Of a stretch of DNA of 64,000 nt, positions 51,621 to 64,000 are shown piece by piece. The stretch lies in assembly GCF_009914755.1 (NCBI RefSeq), contig NC_060938.1. One strand, given 5' to 3'. Origin of the DNA: the human T2T-CHM13v2.0 reference genome, Homo sapiens. Made by a program: the position numbers and the translations under genes. How positions within the stretch are numbered: the stretch's first letter is position 1; each line of letters starts with the position of its first letter. Below the pieces are notes generated by a model. That model did no database searches. It saw nothing but the letters and a program-made list of their open reading frames with translations, and was not told the origin of the DNA.

Positions 51621-53246
51621 GCTGGAGATGCCTGCCAAGGCAAAACTGCCCTTACCAAAGCAGATTTTATCAGCTGATCCCATTTCTCTCTCACTAAACT
51701 GAGTCCATGAATCCTTCTCAATGTAGACAAAATCTATCTGCTATCCTGACCTATGTTATTTCTAAGTGTATTTTGCTGGGCATTAACGCAGATGGAATAC
51801 AGCCGAGTTTGCGTAAGTTCTGTATAGTACACCACCAAGCACCTTAACAGGAGCCTGCAAATTGCCCTTGAGGGAGGTAACTTTTAGCATCTGAGGCTTT
51901 GATGTGTTTATCTTCTCCAGGAATTTTGTTTTGCCTCCTTTGGGAGGGGAGAGGTCTTCTGCTAAGCATCTACTTCCTTTATTTCTTACTGCACAAGAAC
52001 TTCGGTCTAATTGGCCAACTTTGAGTGTGCTGAGGTGACCTATTTCTGTCTGGGATAATAAAAACATTCCAGATGACTGACGCCTTTTACTGGGGACAAT
52101 TTGACCTGATTCTAACCCTCCTGCTCTGCCTGCCAAGGAAGATGATTACTACAGGCCTTAGTACCGACCTCTATTTACTTCATCTACTTTTTTTTTTTCA
52201 TTTTCTTGCAAAAATAGCAGGCTTGTCCAAGTGCCTAGCTACTATGGCAATAAGTGCTATTTAAACAGATGCCGATGCCGAATACATGTGTCCCAGCTTA
52301 AATGAGTCAGTGGGAGCAGTTGTAGGATCTGATTGCATAAATGCATGGGAATAATGTCTGTCTCTGGGGCAACAGAACTTCTTTTGAGCCCTTGAGAGGA
52401 CCAGTTCAGTTGCAGAAAGGCTGATGTAATGATCACACACCTTCAGGTGAAAGGGTCAGTTTCTCCCTGAATGGAAAGTGTCAAAAAATGGCCATTTAGA
52501 CTTTCTGCTTTGTAACTAGAGCAAATGCCTCAAGAAAGAGAAAATGAACAGGAAAGCCCTCAAAAGCTTTAAAGGGCTTAGAAAATGTAAAGCCATTATT
52601 GTTGGTTATTCAAATATCCCTCTGATTCAAATAGATGCATTGATTTTTTAAAAAAATCTACAGTTAACATCAAGAAACTTGAGCCTCAGTAAATGAGCAC
52701 TGCCTTATAGAATATTGCTGAATATGTCTTGAATAAGTTGAGAAAGCACTTGGCTGTGTATAACTACTCATGTAAAATGCTATTGGCACAAAGATGACAT
52801 TTTTTTCAAAGATGCCTCTATCATGTGGCTACAAGTAGATTGTGCTGATTCTATTCCTCTACAAAGCTCAGGGTCACAGGTGGTCTATTAGTAGTTGTTG
52901 GTTGTTAGCTCTGCCATAAGAAGATGGCATGGTTCCTTAGGTTAGATGCATTCAGAGTTGGTGGTGGACTTGAGTGTCTACTTATGCGCAGAGATTTTCA
53001 GTCTTTTATTTCCATCTTGACAGTAGACAGAGAAGCAGGGGACAGGCTTGAAATTTCAGTCAAATATCAATCCAGCATGAAGGAGGACACCCTGATTTTA
53101 AACACCCACTAATATTTCCTTGGAAAAAAAAAGAGCCTAACACATCTCTGGCTCCAGCTCTTCTCTCCTCCCCTCCCTTCCCTCAGCCCCCAATTCTCTT
53201 TTCTTTTCCTGTCTTCAGAATATGTGAAATGGGGGAAATCATAAAA

Positions 53247-53865
53247 CAGTCAATCTTCATTATTCACAGTTTCCATATTTGTGAATTCACTACTTGCTAA
53301 AATGTCTTCGTAACGGCAAAATCAATGCTCACTGTGCTTTTGTGGTTATTTGCAGACATGTGTGGAACAGTGAAAAACTGGAGTTGTTCCCCATGCATGT
53401 TTCTAGTTGAAGTTAAACCAGGTGACAGCCCTTTTTGTTTCAGCCCTCATACTGTAAACAACTCTCCTTTTTGTGGTCAGCTTAGTGCCACATTTTAAAA
53501 CATTTTTCTGCTTTTTTTTTTGGTGATTTTACTATTTGAAATGGTCCAAGGATAGTGCCAGCCTACTGTCCAGTGTTCCTAAGTGCAAGAAGGCTGTGAT
53601 GTGCCTTGGGAAGAAATATGAGTGTTAGATAAGCTTCGTCCAGGCCTGAGTTGTAGTGCTGTTGCTGTGAGTCCAATGTTAGTGAATCAACAATATATAC
53701 TCAATAAACAGTCTTTAAGTAGAAACACATGTTAAACAAAGTTATGTATTTATCAGTTGATGAAAATGTGACCAGAGGCTCACAGACACCTAGCCCTGTA
53801 TCTCTCCCCAGAGCAATGCTTCAGTATTTGCTCAGAACCACCACAAGTAATGAGAACAGGCTAAC
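53247..53865 (+). mobile_element. MER82 (TcMar-Tigger)
   Basis: CAGTCAATCTTCATTATTCACAG start; GTGTTCCTAAGTGCAAGAAGGCTGTGATGTGCCTT; GAAAATGTGACCAGAGGCTC. Confidence 0.82.
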
Positions 53866-53961
53866 CTACCCCTTGGAGTTGACGTGAGGATCTCATGAGC
53901 TAATGCCCCTAAAATGCATGGTGCCTTACAGTGTGCCCCATAGGTGCTAACTATAGCAGTT

Positions 53962-53989
53962 ATCATCATCATCATCATCATCATCATCA
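53962..53989. repeat. (ATC)9 microsatellite
   Basis: Direct observation; follows a probable MIR 3' end. Confidence 0.95.
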
Positions 53990-54518
53990 ATGAAAATACG
54001 GGAGAAGAAAAAATTACCAATAATCCCACTATTGTACCTCAACAACTCTCTTCATTTTGGGTATTCCCTTCAGTCATTGTTTCGTTGCATTCACATCTTT
54101 GTATAACTGCATTAAACTGCATACAATTTTGAATATTTCTTTGCTATCATTCTGTCATGTGCATCACCCTGTGTTGCGACACAGCCTCCATTTCTGTGGT
54201 CTTCTTGATGGAAAGCGGTAAAAACTTTGTTCCTGGGCTCATGTAAGAGCAGCTCTCTTCAAGCATAGGGATGACTTCATTGCTCACGACACCAATATGC
54301 CTTAAAATTCTGTGATTAATTGTAAAAAAGAACTCTCTCTGAACACTACAGAGAAAACTCTCACAGAGCAGAGAAATTTATTATGTGATCTTCTTCTCTC
54401 CAGAGGAAAATGGTGTGTTTTAAGTCAGAAGGTTTGGGTCATTATTCAGTAGAACGAGGTGCTCGAGGGATTACAAAAGAAGAGTAACTCTAATCTTTGT
54501 GAGAGTGATGGCCTAATA

Positions 54519-54705
54519 CAGGTGTTAGCAAACATTTCCCGTACAGGCTCAGATAGTAAATGTGTTAGACCTTGTGGGCCATATGATCTCCATTGCAGCC
54601 ACTCAACTCTGCCATTGTAGCCAAAACTATGGATAATATTAATGGATAATATTAAACAATTGAGTGTGGCTGTGTTCCTATAAAACCTTATTTACAAATA
54701 AGGCA
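54519..54705 (+). mobile_element. MER58A (hAT-Charlie)
   Basis: CAGATAGTAAAT..GGGCCATATG..ACTCAACTCTGCCATTGTAG..GTGGCTGTGTTCC. Confidence 0.85.
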
Positions 54706-54744
54706 CAATTCCAAACAAAATAGATCTGAACACCAAAGTGGGCA

Positions 54745-55020
54745 GTTCGTTTATTGCTTTATTCTTCCACAAAACTTCTAGTATGTTAGGCCTTGTCCTG
54801 GTTGGCAGTAACATCAGCAAGAGTAGCAAAACATTTTTCTATGCCTCATGAAGTTTATAGTCTGAAGGGGGAGAGAGCGATCTTAATAAAATAATTGTAT
54901 AAATGAATATATAATTGCATGTGTTGATAAATACTGCAAAGGAAGAAAACAGTGGGAAATAGGACTGTGTCAGATATTCAGGCACGAAGTTTAGGGAAGG
55001 GGCTGCACTTTGAGGTGGCC
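54745..55020 (-). mobile_element. L2 fragment
   Basis: TGCCTCATGAAGTTTATAGTCT..GATAAATACTGCAAAGGAA. Confidence 0.55.
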
Positions 55021-56881
55021 GCCAGACACTCATTGAAATAAGAGGGCCTTGATCATTGTGCAGTAAGTGATTTTTATTAACAAGAACTTAGTCATTACAT
55101 ACCTAGCTGTAAGTAGATGCTAGCTCTGAAGAATAGATTTTCGGTGGTCAGTTTGGCATTCAACCAGGACCAAAAGAGAATCCCCTCATTCGCTGACTTG
55201 GGGCTGGATTTATGAGTGTCGTCACTCCCTTTGTATTTTCTTTTTTTGTCTTATTGGTCTTTCTAGGCAGAAATGAATACCACATGGTTGAGACACGCAT
55301 AAGATTCAGGTCCATCAGGTCTTGAGCATCTTTCTGGTAACTTAAACATAAGCCAGGATCCACATATCTAACGGCTACATGGGATATAGGGCCTCGTTCA
55401 TAAAAACGCATACCCATACTTCTTAATATGCCCTTGCCTGTTCCTCTTTAGTTCTCTCACCCCCTGCAAATATTCTTCCTTTTTAAACCCTCAGTTTCTT
55501 CACCAAACTTTCCCAGACAACCTATCCCCAAGGACTTTCTTTATCCCTCTTTGCCAGCCAACCTGTGTACCCCTTTTCTTCTGGAGGTGCACTGAGGACT
55601 TTTCCCTCCTGCCTGATCATCTGGGCCTCTCTGGGCTACCCGGGCCTTGCAGCTTCATGGTTCCTCCCTGAGCCTCTCTCCCTAGGGAGGGAAGCACAAG
55701 GAACTCACTGGAGTGGGCAGTTCTGTTCACACCCTGGTAAATGAAATCCTCTGCCTCATTACACTCTGCAGACAATTTCAGCATCCAGTCATGCTTATTT
55801 CTTGAAGGAAAAGGACTGTTTTTCCACCATTTGGGTCTATGACTCCACTGGGGATTAAGGAAAGAGACAACATTGTGGAATGTGTGTGTGTGTGTTGTTG
55901 GAGACAGCTTTTGCTTGGGCTGGTATCATGTCTACTCCAGGATTTTCTGAAGTGACTGTGGGACAGGAAGAGGCCCATTGGTGGCTACTTAGCAACACCA
56001 GGCCCTTCACGGGCAGTGGAAAGTCACTGGGGTAATGCCCCAGACCCTCACCCTCAACAGGCTACACCTGGACAGAGACAGGGCACCCTTATGGGGCTTT
56101 CAGGGATGAGATGTGTTCATCCACAAATAAGGGAGAAGCACAGAGACTTCTACAAGTATGTAGAGGAGAATCTAGGAGATACAATGCAAGGGCTGAGAAT
56201 TTGGGATATACACTTATTACTGTTGGTGTGGTCCTAGCCTTACAACAGGTTGTGCAGCCCACCAAAGCATGGATTACAGTGTTAACATGCAGAAATTCCT
56301 GATTGTACCTCTTTTCCAGCTGTTCAATCCTACATGAGGCCTTTCAAAACCCCTGTGATTTCTTACGATTAGAGATGTAGGCTGTCCCATCTAGTAAATT
56401 TGTCAAACCACTACTGGGTATCAGGTAGAAATAGAGTTCCCTTTCATCACTAGCAATATGTTTCTTTTCTCAATGGTTTGCTCTCCTTTGCTCATTTTCC
56501 ATGGAAGGTCTTCATTACTCCTGTATTTTAAAAGCTATCTTGTCAATATTATTCCAAGCGAATTTCTCAGTATATTTTAAAAGGGAAAACTAATAATGTG
56601 ATCCTCTTGCTTAAAACCCTTTACAGCTTCCCAAGAGTGTTAGAATTAATGGGGCTGGTACTAGCATGCAAAATTTAAGGGAATGTCAAAAAAGTCAGTA
56701 GTCAAGATAAATAATATTTAATGCACTATTTTAAAAATGTTCTTGGCAAACTTTCGTCCACACCTGCGTTTGTAAATGAGGTTTCAACTCACACCGTGCA
56801 TGTGACTTGAGAGGCCACTGCAGCACGGCCAGGCCTCAGTGCACTCTCTGGCCTCAACGTAACTCCCTTGACCTTCCATGT

Positions 56882-57243
56882 TGTATTAGTCCTTTCTCAT
56901 GCTGCTAATAAAGACATACCCCAGATTGGGTAATTTATAAAGGAAAAAGGTTTAATGGACTCACAGTTCCACATGGCTGGGGAGGCCTCACAATCACGGC
57001 AGAAGATGAAGGAAGAGCAAAGGGACATCTTACATGGCAGCAGGCATGTGCAGGGGAACTGCTCTTTATAAAACCATCAGATCTCATGATCTGTGACTTA
57101 GTCACTATCACGAGAACAGCATGGGCAAGACCCGCCTCCATGATTAAATTACTTCCCACTGGTTGCCTCCCACAGCACATGGGAATTATGGGAACTACAG
57201 TTCAAAATGAGATTTGGGTGGGGACACAAGCCAAACTGTATCA
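56882..57243 (-). mobile_element. THE1 (B/C-like) solo LTR
   Basis: TGTATTAGTC..CATGCTGCTAATAAAGACATACCC; GAGATTTGGGTGGGGACACA end. Confidence 0.92.
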
Positions 57244-58461
57244 TGTAACCAAATATGTTAAGCTCCATCCATGCTGACTTTGGTGGTCATGTCCATCCCG
57301 GGCCTTTATATGGGTTGTCCCCTTTCTTCACATCTCTGCTGAGCTGGCCCCTGCTCATCCTTCAGAACTCGATCAAGTGCTCCTTCCCTCTTGTTGGCCA
57401 CCCTGAGCCCCAAGGTGGGATCAGGCTCCTCTGCTAGGTGTCCTCAGGGTGGTGTGTGGGGGTCGTTAGTGTTTGTCCTTAGAATACCTGGCAAGCAGAC
57501 ATGCACGTGGGTCATTTTGTTTATTAACACCAAACTCCTCCAGTTGATTATAAGCTCCATGAGGGCAGGACTGAATTTGTCATTCTTATCGCACAGTGGC
57601 TTACATGTCAGTCATCACTGAACAGTTAATGGTCATTTGATCTGATATGCTTCTGGTATAATTTCATGATATCAGATCTGGAGACATGAAGTCATTGTTT
57701 TCCTGGTGGGGAGTGTGACACCACCATCTTGTTCACCATTTGCAGAGTTCTTTCCTGTCTTCGGGCAAGTAGATTAGGTTATATCGTTATCTCTGTTTAT
57801 AGCTGTCTCAAATAAATCCTTTAGAAGAGGGAGAAAGATGGTACAAAGAAAAAAGAAGCCAAGGAGGAAAGTGACTCTCAGAGATGCTAATGACTTTCCC
57901 AGGAAGGCTGTCACACAGCAAGAACTCAGATATGGGTTTTACAACTCAGAAACTCATCCTGTTCTAGGCCCCAACCTCACTCTCTCAGGAGAAGATCCTG
58001 GAGGAGATTCCCCTCTCACTTTCCAGAAAAAGGACAAAGGGAATTAGGAATCTTTTCTTAACATTAACGCCTTGCCAATTTCTAGACCTCCCCTCCTGCT
58101 CCTCCCTTAAGACATCCTATTTGCACGTCTCTGCTCTTAGAGGCTATTGGGTTTAAGCGCCACAATAAATAAAAGGCAATAAAATAAATAAAGGCAATAA
58201 AAGATATCTCCTGGTAGGATATAATTTTCTTTCTTTCGTTCACTGTCTCAGAGTTATTTTATCCTTTTCACCACGAGGGACTCAATTGGAACTGGCTCTC
58301 TTATTAGCCTTCAGGTTCAACTGGCTTCCATGGAGGCATTGTCTCCTCATAGACCTGTTCACTTGACAGACCTTCACAGAAGTTTCATCAGTATAAGGAC
58401 CCAAAACACCATCTAAATGGCTTCATCCAGCCATGGCAGATGCCCTTTGCTGCTGGGTTGG

Positions 58462-58775
58462 GTTTTTTTTTTTTTTTCTTTCTTTTTTTTTTGAGATGGA
58501 GTCTCACTCTGTCACTCAGGCTGGAGTGCAGTGGCACAATCTCAGCTCACTGCAACCTCCGCCTCCTGAGTTTCAAGTGATTCTCCTGCCTCAGCCTCCC
58601 AAGTAGCTGGGACTACAGACATGCACCACCACACCTGGCTAATTTTTGTGTTTTTAGTAGAGGTGGGGTTTCGCCATGTTGGCCAGGCTGGTCTCGAACT
58701 CCTGACCTCAGGTGATCCACCTGCCTTGGCCTCCCAAAGTTCTGGGATTTCAGGCATGAGCCACTGTGCCTGGCC
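58462..58775 (-). mobile_element. AluSx-like
   Basis: Full antisense Alu; flanking CTGCTGG repeat. Confidence 0.95.
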
Positions 58776-58936
58776 CTGCTGGTTTTACTTCTGCCTGAAA
58801 CCCACTGGGGTGAAAGGACAGGCCTTGGAAATGTTGCATTAGTAGCAACTGCTCCCTCTAATGGGAGGACACATCCCTTCCCCATAGTCAGTGCAGGAGT
58901 CACAGAAGCTTGAGCACGACCTCAGGAATCGGCTTC

Positions 58937-59700
58937 CATTCATTCATTCAACCCATATTTACTGAGCCCCAGTATGTGCCGGGTACTTCTGGACCCTTGG
59001 GATATGAGGTGAACAGCTCACAGATCCCTGCCCTCCTGGAGTTTACATTCTTATGAGAGAAACGGTCAATGAATGAGTAGTCAAATAAGTTTTACTTCCA
59101 GTAATATGTGGTATGGAGAAAAAGAAATGAAGGAGAACAGAGATAAAGTTTGGTGATGGTGGAAGGTGGCAGACAGGGTAGCCAAGGAAAGCCTTGCAAA
59201 CGAGGTGACATTTGAGCAGAGACATGACATGAAGTTCTGGGAGAAAAGTTTATCAGGCAAGGTATATGGCTGGTAGAAAGCTCTGAGTCCAAGGCAAAGT
59301 GACTATCCACAATCAGCCAGAGGTCACCATGGCTGGGAAGCATGGCAGGAAGTGGGACCAGGGATGCATGCAAAGGCCAAAACAGGAGGGAGTTCATGCT
59401 GCTCATATCTGTTCTGGAAGGACACTGGAGAAATGTGTGTGAAGAGGAACATGAACTGACTTATGCTTTAAAGGGACCATTCTGACCGTCATGTGCAATG
59501 AATGGAGTTGAGGGGCTAGTCAGGAGTAGGGCAGAGAGATCAGGTGAGAGGCTCCTAGAATAATCCAAGTAAAAGATGGAGGTGACTGGATTGGGGTGTT
59601 GGCAGTGGAGGTGGTGAGGAACGGTCGGTCAGATCGTCATGTATTTTGAAGGCGGAGTTCATTCACCATTGTTGCTGTACCAGTTGTGGGCTAGGAAAGA
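58937..59700 (-). mobile_element. L2 3' fragment
   Basis: CATTCATTCATTCAACCCATATTTACTGAGC; GAGGTGACATTTGAGCAGAGAC. Confidence 0.8.
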
Positions 59701-59841
59701 AAGCAGTGTGGGTCAAGCATCACTCATTCATTCATTGACACATACTTGTTGAATACCTATCATGAACCTGCCCTTGTTCTGGGTGATGGCTATACCGGTA
59801 AACAGAATAGTCAAAGCTTCCTGCCCTTGTGGAACTTACAC

Positions 59842-60173
<332 letters not shown>

Positions 60174-60405
60174 TAAAGGTAAAAAAACAATAAGTGAATT
60201 ATAATACATGTTCAGAAGATATTTGTTATGGTAAAAAGAAAAAAATAGAGCAGAAGAGGGACCCTGGGGCAGGGGAGCAGCTGCAATTTTAACTAGGGCA
60301 ACCAAGGTGGGTGTTCTTAAAAGGTCGCCAGGTTTTGGGCCCTAAGTAGTTAGATGGAAGCTAATACTACTATTTAATGAGAGGTCTATAAAGATTACAC
60401 AAATA

Positions 60406-60716
60406 GGCTGGGTGCAGTGGCTCACACCTGTCAATCCCAGAGCTTTGGGAGGCCGAGGCAGGCGGATCGCTTGAGGTCAGGAGTTCAAGACCAGCCTGGC
60501 CAACATAGCGAAACCCCGTGTCTGCTAAAAATACAAAAATTAGCTAGGTGTGGTGACACACACCTGTAATCACAGTTACTCAGGAGGCTAAGGCAGGAAA
60601 ATCGCTTGAGCCCAGAAGTCAGAGGTTGCAGTGAGCCGAGATCGCACCACTGCACTCCGGCCTGGGCGACAGAGTGAAACTCCATCTCAAAAAAAAAAAA
60701 GAATAAAGAAATAAAA
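60406..60716 (+). mobile_element. AluS (Sz-like)
   Basis: Full Alu with A tail. Confidence 0.95.
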
Positions 60717-62399
60717 GTGGGAAGAGGAGCAGGCTGGAGGTTAGGGTGGGGTAAACAAGCTGTTGTCATACTTGAGTCCTTGAGTATTGAATTTGAGCTG
60801 TCTCTTAGTGACAATACCAAGTAGATAGTTGGATATTCAAATCTGGGGCTTAGGCAGAGGCCAGGGCTATGTATATACATTTCAAAGTATCAGAGTCTAG
60901 AAGGTCTTTAAAGCCATAAGACCAGATGAGGTCTACAAGGATGAGAGTGGAGAGAGAAAAAAGAGGGCCCAGGGCCAGGGGCTACTGAGTCCTCAGAGTA
61001 GAGAGAAGAAAAGAGGAATTAGCAAAGGAGATGCAGAAGGAATAGCCAGGAAAGTGGGAGAAAAATGAGGCGCTTGAACGAAGAGTTGAAGAGGTAGAAA
61101 GCAAGTCACAGCGCTCAAAGCAGCAGGTGAGATGGTGAGTGGGTTGGGAAAGTGACTAGGAGAACTTTTTATAAGCGACTTCCTGAGCAGCAAGTGATCA
61201 AGTTACCCTGTTGTTAGCTATTTGACGGTGGTGTGTAGAGTCACAGAAAGGTGGCCTCTCCCTGTGTGCCCACGGAAACACCAGGGCTGAGCCCTTTGCG
61301 TTTGCCAGTGTTCATGTGTTCACTTAAGAATTAATATTATTCTCCAAGGCAAGGCAGTGGGTACAGATCGCAGAAGAGTCAATACCACACACAAGATTTT
61401 GAACTTAAATTTATAGGCAATGGGGATTTAGATAAAGTTTTTCAGCAGGAGAGTGACATATGTAACCTGTTCCATGTAAATAGTTTGGGGAGCAGAAGGG
61501 AGGATGAGTTGGAGGAAGGAGAGGTGATAGGGAGGCCATTTTAGTAGTGGAGCCATGAAATGGGGGAGGGGGAGACTGAACCAAAGGAGATGCAGCGAGA
61601 ATTCGAAAGCAGAGATGCGAGAGACACGGAGAAGGTGGACATACAGCCTCTGGTACGTGATTGTGGGAGGGTACAATGAGAGGAACATTGAAGACCACTC
61701 TTGGGGTTCTATCTTGTGTGACTGGGGGATGGAGCCCACTGTGGGTTTTTGCTGGGAGATGGAGAGGAGAGGCTGTCAGATTAACCAGTTTATGGATTAA
61801 TTATTAAGAAACAGCAGGGACCTGGGATTTCCCCTCCTCACTGATTAGTTAGCTGGTAATTAGGCAGTGGCTGAGAATGCTACTGTCTGTCCCCCATCGG
61901 GTGGGAGGAGCAGAGCTGAGCCTCCCCACAGTTGCTGTGGTGCATGGAGTGGGGACCTAGAATCACTGCTATCACGTGACATGCCCCCTGTTCCTCCTGG
62001 GAACCCAACTCTGAAGGGGTCTTCTTGACATCCGATTTTCTCCTTCCAGAGCTCTTCTGAAGTTCTTGCCTAATGAAGAAAAAGCAAGAAAAGGGAAAAT
62101 ATGTGCACCACAGAATTTTCCTTCTCTCTGGTGGTGTTTTGCAAAAATGCCATGGCAACTTTCCTCTTCAAATACTTGGGATTTGTTTCTCTTGCATCTG
62201 TCAAGTGCACATCAAAGTTGAATTTTCCACTTTGGAATTATGATTTGTATTCTGCTTCTCCCATCTGGGCTTCTGTTCTCCTGAAAACTGCCTATTCTAC
62301 TGTGAAATGAGCATTCCCCAAGGCTGATGTAGCCGCTTCATGCTAAGTGTTGATGGGAAACCTGAAGCTGAGTTGGGCAAATGTTTTTGAGATCTGTAA

Positions 62400-62846
<447 letters not shown>

Positions 62847-63099
62847 AAATGTTTTCTAGTTAAGTTCATATACCCATGCCAGAGTGCCTAGCTCACACTT
62901 CATTATAAATGTCTGCCTCAAACAGAAGTCCTGGGTCCATGTTTCCACTGTCCTGCGAGGGATACACAAGAACACTTGGCAAACGAAGAAGGGAAGGCCT
63001 GGGGCTACAGTGGGTAGGGAGTACCAGAGACCCAGGGGACAATATATGGGTTAAATGAGGACTTTATTTAATAGTATTTTTAAAAATTAAAATTGTGAC

Positions 63100-63305
63100 A
63101 AAATTTAGGAATCAGTAATTATTTAAAAATCCAAATATTCTGCTTCTCTTGAAAAATCAGAAGACATGGCATCTCGGGGCCCAAATTTCTATTTGGCAGT
63201 TTTCAGCTGGAGGTCAGCTGGTGTCCCCCTAAACTCAAGGCATGTGGTCCCCAGTGGGTCACGCCCACCAGAATCCTCTGCTGTCTTGATAGCTCTGAGG
63301 TCCTT
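63100..63305 (+). mobile_element. MER102-like (hAT-Charlie) fragment
   Basis: AAAATCCAAATATTCTGCTTCTCTTGAAAAATCAGAAGA..TGGCA. Confidence 0.7.
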
Positions 63306-63507
63306 CAGGGATCACTGGGGAATGATGTTCTCCTAGAAGACTTTCTGGATCCTCCAGGTCCAGGTTAGATGCTAACCAATGCTCTTAAAGTAGCTATAGC
63401 AACTTTTATTAATATAGATAATATTTTATATTTTTCATATTATATAATTTTTGTTATTATATTTTAATTGCTTCCTGACTTATCTCAGTCCTCTTCAGTA
63501 TAATTTA

Positions 63508-63849
<342 letters not shown>

Positions 63850-64000
63850 AATCTCCAACATCTTGCATAAGGCCCAGGCCATAAGCAGACATTCAAATAA
63901 ATTAATTTACTAAATAAGGACAATAGACTAAATAATCCCTGGGGTCCATTTTAGTTGTACTATTCTATTGCTCTGATGTTTCTCTTTAAAGAAACAGATT

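Noticed and set aside
54630-54656. Short tandem duplications here and at ~5180-5199, ~16245-16316 and ~58164-58202
   Set aside because: Ordinary slippage events with no sign of function.

Overview
This is non-coding primate (very probably human) genomic DNA. It is CpG-depleted, has no CpG island, and roughly half of it is recognisable interspersed repeat: Alu, L1, L2, L3/CR1, MIR, MaLR/ERV LTRs and hAT/Tigger DNA-transposon relics. No ORF in the track looks like a real protein-coding gene; the longer ones lie in Alu, L1 or LTR sequence. Most LTRs are on the minus strand, and a candidate 3' splice site sits at the window end. Both fit a large intron of a plus-strand gene, but I cannot name the gene. 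I cannot support a new multi-gene biological system here. The most unusual structures are: (1) a MER20 relic carrying a ~136-bp copy of unique DNA from ~850 bp downstream; (2) a four-way nested insertion cluster in one L2, including an LTR8 inserted into an Alu and a two-LTR MaLR provirus; (3) a concentric inverted L1PA/MLT1/MIR arrangement; and (4) LTRs with intact or altered DUX4 motifs. Repeat family names come from recalled consensus sequences, not from a search. Subfamily labels are tentative, and boundaries are exact only where target-site duplications (TSDs) are quoted.
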